This document shows, piece by piece, positions 25,269 to 32,000 of a stretch of DNA of 32,000 bases. The notes under the pieces are model-generated. The model made no database searches and was not told the origin of the DNA. It was given only the letters and a program-made list of their open reading frames with translations. Positions within the stretch are counted from its first letter, which is position 1. The number at the start of each line of letters is the position of its first letter. The stretch spans positions 25,556 to 57,555 of the forward strand of contig JAFVFL010000033.1 in the NCBI GenBank assembly GCA_017475555.1, in the 5' to 3' direction. Source of the DNA: Ruminococcus sp. GTDB lineage: Bacteria > Bacillota > Clostridia > Oscillospirales > Ruminococcaceae. A program made the position numbers and the translations under genes.

Positions 25269-28200
25269 ATGAAGTACGAAGAGCTTGCAGGAAAGCCGGA
25301 TATGTCCTCTATACAGGAGGATGTCCTGAAATTCTGGAGAGATGACGATGTATTCAGAAAGTCGGTGGACAAGGAGAATGCTGATGAGGTAGTATTCTAC
25401 GACGGGCCTCCGTTCCCGACAGGAAAGCCGCACCACGGAACTATCCTCGTTTCGTTCATAAAGGATATGATAGCGAGATACTGGACTATGCGCGGCTACA
25501 AGGTACCCCGTGTATGGGGCTGGGACTGCCACGGACTCCCTATTGAGAATCAGGTCGAGAAGGATCTGGGTATCGACGACAAGAATTACATCGAGAATAC
25601 TCTCGGTATCGACGTTTTCAACGACAAGTGCTTTGAGCTGGTCTCCGGCAATAATGAGGCGTGGAAAGAGTATGTTGAGCAGATGGCACGCTGGGTCGAT
25701 TATGAGGGTGCCTACAAGACCATGAACCCGACCTTTATGGAGAGCGTCATGTGGGCGTTCAAGCAGTGCTATGACAAGGGACTTATCTACCGTGACTACC
25801 GTGTGACCCCCTACTGTACACACTGCGAGACATCGCTTTCTATCTCCGACACAAGAGAATCCGATTCGACCCGTCCCCGTCAGGACAGATGGATAATCGC
25901 AAGGTTCAAAACTGATGAGGTCATAGACGGAAAGACAGTTTATTTCCTTGCATGGACTACAACTCCGTGGACTCTGCCGTCCAATCTCTGCCTTGCAGTC
26001 GGCAAGGAGCTGGAGTACGCATTCGTTGACGTAGGAGAGGATATATATATCGCCTGCACAGCTGTGCTTTCAAGATATGACAAGATATTCGGCAAGGAGC
26101 CTGAGATAGTAAAGACCTGCCGGGGCGAGGAGCTTGTGGGACGCAGCTATGAGCCGCTGTTCCCCTATTTTGCAGATCTGAAGGACAAGGCGTTCAAGGT
26201 CGTTACCGCTGACTATGTCGGAGCTGACGAGGGTGTCGGTATCGTACATACTGCCCCTGCCTTCGGTGAGGACGACTACTGGACGTGCAAGAACAATGAT
26301 ATCCCCCTGGTGAACCCTGTTGACGCAAAGGGACGCTTCACAGAGGAGGTAACTGACTTCTACGAGCCTGACGGCACAAGGAACGTCATCGAGATGAACC
26401 CGGTCGTTATCCGGTTCCTCTACGACAACGGCAAGGCAGTCGCTGACGGTACTATCGAGCATAACTATCCGCACTGCTGGAGATGCAAGCGTCCGCTCAT
26501 ATACAAGGCTATGGACGCATGGTACTTCAACATCGGAAAGATAAAGGACAGGCTCATTGAGTGCAATGAGGAGATAAACTGGGTGCCTGAGACTGTCAAG
26601 CACGGAAGATTCGGCAAGTGGCTGGAGAACGCACGTGACTGGAACATTTCCAGAAACCGCTACTGGGCAACTCCTATACCGATCTGGGAATGCGATACCT
26701 GCGGCGACAGGACAGTTCTCGGAAGCATAGATGAAATAGAGCAGGCAAGCGGCATTCGCCTTGAAAACCTCCACCGTCAGTATATGGACAAGGTGACCTT
26801 CAAGTGCAGCTGTCCCGGCTGTACAGGCACAAAGGTGCGTGTACCTGAGGTGCTTGACTGCTGGTTCGAGAGCGGCTCTGTACCCTTCGCTCAGAAGCAC
26901 TATCCGTTCGAGAACAAGGAGTGGTTCGATTCGCACTTCCCGTCCGACTTCATCGTTGAGTATACCGGACAGATACGCTGCTGGTTCTACTATCTGCACG
27001 TTCTCTCCGTTGCACTGTTCGACAAGCCCTGCTTCTCAAACTGCGTGGTACACGGTACTATACTCGCAAAGGACGGAAAGAAGCTCTCCAAATCCTCAAA
27101 GAACTACACAGACCCTATGCTGCTCATGAAGAAGTACGGCACTGACGCATTCAGGCTCTACCTCTATCAGACAAATGCAATGCTCATCGGCGACCTGCTC
27201 TTTGATGACAGCGGCATTCAGGACGCTTATCAGCAGATCATACTCCCGTGGTGGAATGCCTGCAATTTCTTCATTTCCTACGCAAATATCGACAATTTCC
27301 GCCCGGACAGCCTTACCCCCCCGACAAGCACCAATCAGCTCGACCGCTGGATGCTCGCAAAGCTCTGGGAGGCTTCTGACTCCATAACACGGAATATGGA
27401 CGCTTACTATGTGAATAAGTACGTTGACAGCCTTATAGACCTTGTTGACGGACTTACGAACTGGTTCATACGCCGTTCAAGAAGAAGATTCTGGGAGAAG
27501 GGAATGAGCGAGGACAAGAAGAACGCATATGAGACGCTGTATTATGTGCTCGTCAACATGACAAAGCTCTTCGCTCCGGCTGCACCGATAATCTCCGAAA
27601 AGCTCTATAAAACGCTCACCGGCGGCTACTCGGTACACCTTGACACATGGGCTGATATCCCTGAGAGCTTCCGTGATGATGAGCTTATAGAGCAGGTAAA
27701 GCTCGTCCGCAGCGTTATCTACCTCGCACGCTCGATCAGAAGCAAGAACAATGTAAAGAACCGCCAGCCGCTCAGCAGTCTCCGCACTGCACTCTCTGAC
27801 ACTTCACAGAATGCCGTTATAGAGAGCTTCAGCGACATAATCGCAGAGGAGCTGAACGTCAAGAGCGTTGAGCTGCTTGAGAGCGTTGAGAGCGTTGCAG
27901 ATGTTAAATACGCTCCTAATTTCAATGAGATAAGAAACCGCTATCCGGACAGGATATCGGATATAATAAAGGCTGTAAAGAGCGGAAAATTCCGCCTCAC
28001 TGCCGACAGTGCCGTGCTTGACATCAACGGTGCGGAGGAGCAGCTCGACCCTGAGATAATCCTTGTCACCTATCAGGCAAAGAAGGGTCAGCACGTTGCG
28101 AGTGACAAGGGTATAGTCGTTTCGCTTGACCTCACTATAACCGATGAGCTGCGGGACGAGGGCTTTGCCCGTGATATCGTCCGCAGCATACAGGACGCAC

Positions 28201-28388
28201 GCCGTCAGATGGACTGCGAGATCATGGACAGGATATCGCTCTCGATCACCGGTGACGCTCCGGCTGCATGGCTCGATTATATCTCAGGCGAGACGCTCAG
28301 TGACTATACTGAGATAGCCTCTCCCGATCTTACCTTTGACGTTGATTATGAGGACGGAAGAAAGGTAACTGTAAGCGTTGCAAGGTAA
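25269..28388 (+). CDS. ileS: Isoleucine--tRNA ligase, type 2 (eukaryote-like, ~1040 aa)
   Basis: 1039 aa. Has FYDGPPFPTGKPHHGT (HIGH-region variant), GWDCHGLP, the editing-domain motif TTTPWTLPSN and KLSKSSKNYTDP (KMSKS region). There is no C-terminal Cys4 zinc module of the type-1 enzymes. Confidence 0.95.
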   Translation: MKYEELAGKPDMSSIQEDVLKFWRDDDVFRKSVDKENADEVVFYDGPPFPTGKPHHGTILVSFIKDMIARYWTMRGYKVPRVWGWDCHGLPIENQVEKDLGIDDKNYIENTLGIDVFNDKCFELVSGNNEAWKEYVEQMARWVDYEGAYKTMNPTFMESVMWAFKQCYDKGLIYRDYRVTPYCTHCETSLSISDTRESDSTRPRQDRWIIARFKTDEVIDGKTVYFLAWTTTPWTLPSNLCLAVGKELEYAFVDVGEDIYIACTAVLSRYDKIFGKEPEIVKTCRGEELVGRSYEPLFPYFADLKDKAFKVVTADYVGADEGVGIVHTAPAFGEDDYWTCKNNDIPLVNPVDAKGRFTEEVTDFYEPDGTRNVIEMNPVVIRFLYDNGKAVADGTIEHNYPHCWRCKRPLIYKAMDAWYFNIGKIKDRLIECNEEINWVPETVKHGRFGKWLENARDWNISRNRYWATPIPIWECDTCGDRTVLGSIDEIEQASGIRLENLHRQYMDKVTFKCSCPGCTGTKVRVPEVLDCWFESGSVPFAQKHYPFENKEWFDSHFPSDFIVEYTGQIRCWFYYLHVLSVALFDKPCFSNCVVHGTILAKDGKKLSKSSKNYTDPMLLMKKYGTDAFRLYLYQTNAMLIGDLLFDDSGIQDAYQQIILPWWNACNFFISYANIDNFRPDSLTPPTSTNQLDRWMLAKLWEASDSITRNMDAYYVNKYVDSLIDLVDGLTNWFIRRSRRRFWEKGMSEDKKNAYETLYYVLVNMTKLFAPAAPIISEKLYKTLTGGYSVHLDTWADIPESFRDDELIEQVKLVRSVIYLARSIRSKNNVKNRQPLSSLRTALSDTSQNAVIESFSDIIAEELNVKSVELLESVESVADVKYAPNFNEIRNRYPDRISDIIKAVKSGKFRLTADSAVLDINGAEEQLDPEIILVTYQAKKGQHVASDKGIVVSLDLTITDELRDEGFARDIVRSIQDARRQMDCEIMDRISLSITGDAPAAWLDYISGETLSDYTEIASPDLTFDVDYEDGRKVTVSVAR

Positions 28389-28401
28389 ACATAAATCTAT
28401 C

Positions 28402-28432
28402 CCGGACAGCCGGAATTTCCCCGGCTGTCCGG
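28402..28432 (+). terminator. Strong hairpin between ileS and valS without U-tract
   Basis: 12-bp stem ccggacagccgg/ccggctgtccgg with a 7-nt loop, followed by ttatcacc. It may be a partial terminator or an mRNA stabiliser/processing site. Confidence 0.4.
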
Positions 28433-28464
28433 TTATCACCATACAGAAAGGAAGATCATAACAG

Positions 28465-31167
28465 ATGAAGAACGATCTGCCAAAGACCTATGACCCCGGT
28501 TCGGTAGAAAAAAAGATCTATGAAAAATGGGAGTCGGACGGCTGCTTCCGGGGTATCATCGACCCGGACAAGGAGCATTACTCCATAGCAATGCCGCCTC
28601 CGAACGTTACCGGACAGCTGCATATGGGTCACGCTGTTGACAATACGATGCAGGATATACTTATCCGCTTCAAGAGAATGCAGGGCTATTCCGCACTCTG
28701 GATACCCGGCACTGACCACGCTGCCATAGCTACCGAGGCGAAGATAGTCGAGGATATGCGTAAGGACGGGCTTACAAAGGCTGACCTCGGACGTGACAGG
28801 TTCATGGAGAGGGCATGGGCGTGGAAGGAGAAGTTCGGCAACAGGATAGTAACTCAGCTGAAAACCCTCGGCTCGTCCTGCGACTGGGAGAGAGAGCACT
28901 TCACTATGGATGATCAGTGCTCAAAGGCTGTACTTGAGGTATTCGTAAAGCTGTACAACGAAAAGAAGATATACCGGGGCAACAGAATGATAAACTGGTG
29001 TCCGAAATGCCAGACCTCCATTTCCGATGCAGAGGTCGAGTACGAGGAGCAGAGCGGACATTTCTGGCATATCCTCTATAAAGTCAAGGAGACCGGGGAA
29101 ATGCTCGAAATAGCTACTACCCGTCCTGAGACAATGCTCGGAGATACAGCCGTTGCGATAAATGAGGCTGACCCACGGTATAAGCACCTTCACGGAATGC
29201 ACGTTATCCTGCCGCTCATTGACAAGGAGATACCCATAGTATGCGATGAGCACGCCGATATGGAGAAGGGTACCGGTGTCGTTAAGATAACCCCTGCCCA
29301 CGACCCGAATGACTTCGAGGTCGGAGAGCGTCATGACCTGCCCCGTGTACGCTGCTTCACTTACGACGGACGTATGACCGGTGCAGCAGACGTTGCGGAG
29401 TATGAGGAGCTTAAAGCCTCAGGCAGACTTACTGAGGGAGAGCCTGAGGTGCTCGACTGCGGGAAATATGCCGGAATGACGACTGATGAAGCAAGAAAGG
29501 CTGTAGTTGCAGACCTTGAAGCACTTGGCATACTCAAGGAGGTCGAGGAGATAAAGCATGACGTCGGAACGTGCTACCGCTGCCATACGACTATCGAGCC
29601 TATGGTGTCAAAGCAGTGGTTCGTCCGCATGAAGTCTCTTGCTGAGCCGGCTGTCAAGGCTGTCGAAGACGGCGAACTGAAATTCGTTCCGGAGAGGTTC
29701 AATAAGATATACCTCAACTGGATGAGAAATATCCGTGACTGGTGCATTTCCCGTCAGCTGTGGTGGGGCCATCAGATACCGGCATGGTACTGTGATGACT
29801 GCGGCGAGATAAACGTTGCAAAGACAGCACCCTGCAAGTGTCAGAAGTGCGGCTGTGAAAGCCTGACACGTGACCCGGATACGCTCGATACATGGTTCTC
29901 CTCTGCACTCTGGCCGTTCTCGATACTCGGCTGGCCCGACACGGAGAATGAGGACTATAAATATTTCTACCCGACATCAACTCTCGTTACGGGGTATGAT
30001 ATCATCACATTCTGGGTGAGCAGAATGATATTCTCCGGCATTGCCTACACCGGAAAGCTGCCGTTCGATACAGTTGTTATACATGGTATCGTAAGGGACA
30101 GTCAGGGACGGAAGATGTCCAAATCTCTCGGCAACGGCGTTGACCCGCTTGAGGTAATCGAAAAGTATGGTGCAGATGCACTGCGCTTCATGCTCGTTCA
30201 GGGAAGCTCTCCCGGAAATGATATGCGCTACAGCGAGGAAAAGATAATCGCAATGCGCAACTTCACCAATAAGATATGGAACGCCTCACGCTTCCTGCTC
30301 ATGAATATGTCGATAGACAAGACCGAGCTGCCGGCTGAGGACAAGCTTGCCCTTGAGGACAAGTGGATACTCTCAAAGCTGAACTCCCTTATCCGTGACG
30401 TTACACAGAACCTTGAGAATTTCGATATGGGCGTTGCTGCACAGAAGGTATACGACTTTATCTGGAACGTATTCTGCGACTGGTACATTGAGCTTGCCAA
30501 GAACCGCCTGAGCGGAAATGACGAGGAGAAGAAGCAGAATGTCGAGAACGTGCTTGCATATGTGCTGACCGATCTTATGAAGCTGCTGCACCCGTTCATG
30601 CCGTTCATAACTGAGGAGATATATCAGGCACTTCCTCACGAGGAGGGCTACCTCATGCTCCAGAGCTGGCCGGTATTCAGGGACGGGCTGTGCTTCCCGG
30701 AGGACGAAGAGAGAATGGAGAAGATAATGGAGGCTGTACGGACTGTCCGTGAGACACGCTCCGGGCTTAAAGTCCCCAACTCCAGAAAGGCACATATCAC
30801 TATAGTGACCGCTGACCCGGAGGAGTACGCAGAGGCTGGAGACTTCCTTATCCGTCTTGCGGGAGCCTCTGAGGTATCAATTGCCGCAGAGGAGTCTGAG
30901 GAGCTCAGCGGCATGGTAAGTGCGGCTACCTCAGATGCGAAGCTGTTCATGCCGCTCAAGGAGCTTGTTGACATTGAGAGTGAGCGTGCAAGGCTGAACA
31001 AGGAGCTTGAAAAGGCGTACAAGGAGCTTGATTTCGTTAATAATAAGCTGAATAACGAGAAATTCATGTCGAAAGCTCCGGAGAAGGTCGTTGCTGATAT
31101 ACGTGACAAGGAGACAAAGGCAAAGGCTCTGATCCAGAAGCTTGAAGAGATGATAAACGCTCTGTAA
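28465..31167 (+). CDS. valS: Valine--tRNA ligase
   Basis: 900 aa. Has PPNVTGQLHMGHA (HIGH), the editing motif TTRPETMLGD, KMSKSLGNG and a C-terminal coiled coil. SD aaaggaag lies upstream of the ATG at 28465. Confidence 0.96.
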   Translation: MKNDLPKTYDPGSVEKKIYEKWESDGCFRGIIDPDKEHYSIAMPPPNVTGQLHMGHAVDNTMQDILIRFKRMQGYSALWIPGTDHAAIATEAKIVEDMRKDGLTKADLGRDRFMERAWAWKEKFGNRIVTQLKTLGSSCDWEREHFTMDDQCSKAVLEVFVKLYNEKKIYRGNRMINWCPKCQTSISDAEVEYEEQSGHFWHILYKVKETGEMLEIATTRPETMLGDTAVAINEADPRYKHLHGMHVILPLIDKEIPIVCDEHADMEKGTGVVKITPAHDPNDFEVGERHDLPRVRCFTYDGRMTGAADVAEYEELKASGRLTEGEPEVLDCGKYAGMTTDEARKAVVADLEALGILKEVEEIKHDVGTCYRCHTTIEPMVSKQWFVRMKSLAEPAVKAVEDGELKFVPERFNKIYLNWMRNIRDWCISRQLWWGHQIPAWYCDDCGEINVAKTAPCKCQKCGCESLTRDPDTLDTWFSSALWPFSILGWPDTENEDYKYFYPTSTLVTGYDIITFWVSRMIFSGIAYTGKLPFDTVVIHGIVRDSQGRKMSKSLGNGVDPLEVIEKYGADALRFMLVQGSSPGNDMRYSEEKIIAMRNFTNKIWNASRFLLMNMSIDKTELPAEDKLALEDKWILSKLNSLIRDVTQNLENFDMGVAAQKVYDFIWNVFCDWYIELAKNRLSGNDEEKKQNVENVLAYVLTDLMKLLHPFMPFITEEIYQALPHEEGYLMLQSWPVFRDGLCFPEDEERMEKIMEAVRTVRETRSGLKVPNSRKAHITIVTADPEEYAEAGDFLIRLAGASEVSIAAEESEELSGMVSAATSDAKLFMPLKELVDIESERARLNKELEKAYKELDFVNNKLNNEKFMSKAPEKVVADIRDKETKAKALIQKLEEMINAL

Positions 31168-31174
31168 AAAACAA

Positions 31175-31209
31175 AAGGCAGATACCCGTGAGTATCTGCC
31201 TTTATTTTT
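31175..31209. terminator. Bidirectional rho-independent terminator between convergent valS and glmU
   Basis: 10-bp stem aggcagatac/gtatctgcct (31175-31184 / 31191-31200) with a 6-nt loop. It is flanked by an A-run (31165-31174) and by ttattttt (31201-31208). Confidence 0.8.
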
Positions 31210-31214
31210 AGCCG

Positions 31215-32000
31215 TTATTCGTCCTTTTTTCTCTTGGTTATTTCCTTTTTCGTCTTATCGTCCATTTTCTTCTCGTCCATTTTCTTCAATGTATAGCCCT
31301 GCCGCACCTTCAGCTCTCCCCGGTCGATGGCAAGTGCATAGCTCGGAAGATCCCTCGTTACGGTGACACCCGCCGCAGTGTATACTCCCTTGCCGAGACG
31401 TACAGGTGCGATCAGATTGGTATTGCTGCCGATGAAGCTGTAGTCGCCGATAGTGCAGCGGCTCTTTGCGATACCGTCAAAGTTTACCGTGACTGTTCCC
31501 GCACCGATATTCACCTTCCTGCCAACGTCGCTGTCGCCCACATATACAAGGTGCGATATCATAGTCTCATCGCCGATCTCGGAGTTCTTTATCTCAACAA
31601 AATCGCCTATCCTTGCACCGGAACGGATACGGCTCTCCGGACGGATATGTACATATGGCCCTATGACCGCTCCGTTTTCTATGACCGAATCAAATACCTG
31701 CGAGGTATTTATCTCAACATTATCGCCGATAACGCAGCCGTCAGCTACCGAATAAGGCCCGATAATGCAGTTCTTTCCGACAGATGTGCCACGGCGGAGG
31801 ATAGTCCCCGGAAGGATCTCACTTCCCTGACCTATCTCAACGCTCCGCTCTATGATGATGCCGTCAGTGCAGGCAAATTCAACGCCGTTGTCGAGGTGCT
31901 TGCCTATGACCTCCATGCGTGCGTACTCGTTAAGCTCCAGAAGGTCACGGCGGCTGTTCGCTCCACGGATTATCTGAGGATTTGCCGATTTATAGGCACC
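31215..32000 (-). CDS. glmU: Bifunctional GlcNAc-1-P uridyltransferase/GlcN-1-P acetyltransferase, C-terminal part (5' end outside window)
   Basis: Left-handed beta-helix hexapeptide repeats run throughout (e.g. IGDNVEI, IGPYVHI, IGDFVEI, VGDSDVG, IGAGTVT). The frame stays open upstream of the tracked Met (…RGANSRRDLLELNEYARMEVIGKHL) to the window edge. A Lys-rich ~25-aa tail is present. Confidence 0.88.
   Translation of the reverse strand, partial: GAYKSANPQIIRGANSRRDLLELNEYARMEVIGKHLDNGVEFACTDGIIIERSVEIGQGSEILPGTILRRGTSVGKNCIIGPYSVADGCVIGDNVEINTSQVFDSVIENGAVIGPYVHIRPESRIRSGARIGDFVEIKNSEIGDETMISHLVYVGDSDVGRKVNIGAGTVTVNFDGIAKSRCTIGDYSFIGSNTNLIAPVRLGKGVYTAAGVTVTRDLPSYALAIDRGELKVRQGYTLKKMDEKKMDDKTKKEITKRKKDE

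Noticed and set aside
26070-26999. A 309-aa minus-strand ORF inside ileS. Similar shadow ORFs occur at 20758-21474 in uvrB, 11846-12646 across thiI, 18694-19440 in the DUF2130-like gene and 22864-23289 in uvrA.
   Set aside because: All are shadow frames of strongly supported + strand genes. None has an SD/start context or a recognisable domain.
31215-31290. Lys-rich C-terminal tail of GlmU (KKMDEKKMDDKTKKEITKRKKDE)
   Set aside because: Short basic tails on GlmU are common, and nothing here suggests a separate function or a frameshifted extra ORF.

Overview
This 32-kb stretch reads as the chromosomal core of a Gram-positive, Clostridia-like bacterium. That placement is inference only. It rests on an (S/P)PxTG-type sortase signal, a cysteine desulfurase paired with a rhodanese-less ThiI, tRNAs that encode CCA, and AT-rich intergenic regions carrying near-consensus TTGACA-17-TATAAT promoters. 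No taxon can be proven without a search. Gene order: purL (3' part, fused large type) | glgA | unknown-domain::HAD phosphatase fusion plus a coupled 84-aa ORF | cysK (-) | purB, DUF3592-like membrane protein, rimM, trmD | cysteine desulfurase, thiI | membrane-anchored clostripain-like C11 peptidase | (-) ECF-type sigma, anti-sigma, sortase-anchored Thr/Ala-rich surface protein | tRNA-Arg(ACG) (-), tRNA-Lys(UUU), DUF2130-like Zn-ribbon/coiled-coil/PD-(D/E)xK protein, tRNA-Thr(GGU) | uvrB, uvrA | ileS (eukaryote-like type 2), valS | glmU (-, 3' part). I saw no CRISPR array, transposase, integrase, phage gene or recognised defence system. The window is mostly housekeeping, so candidates for undescribed biology are modest. 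They are: (1) the convergent neighbourhood of a membrane-tethered C11 cysteine protease with a sigma/anti-sigma/surface-protein operon, (2) the uncharacterised nuclease-like gene between tRNA genes, which carries a 108-bp in-frame tandem duplication, and (3) an unknown ~230-aa domain fused to a HAD phosphatase with a translationally coupled small ORF. All coordinates and counts were derived by hand from the sequence. All family assignments rest on motif recognition, not on searches.
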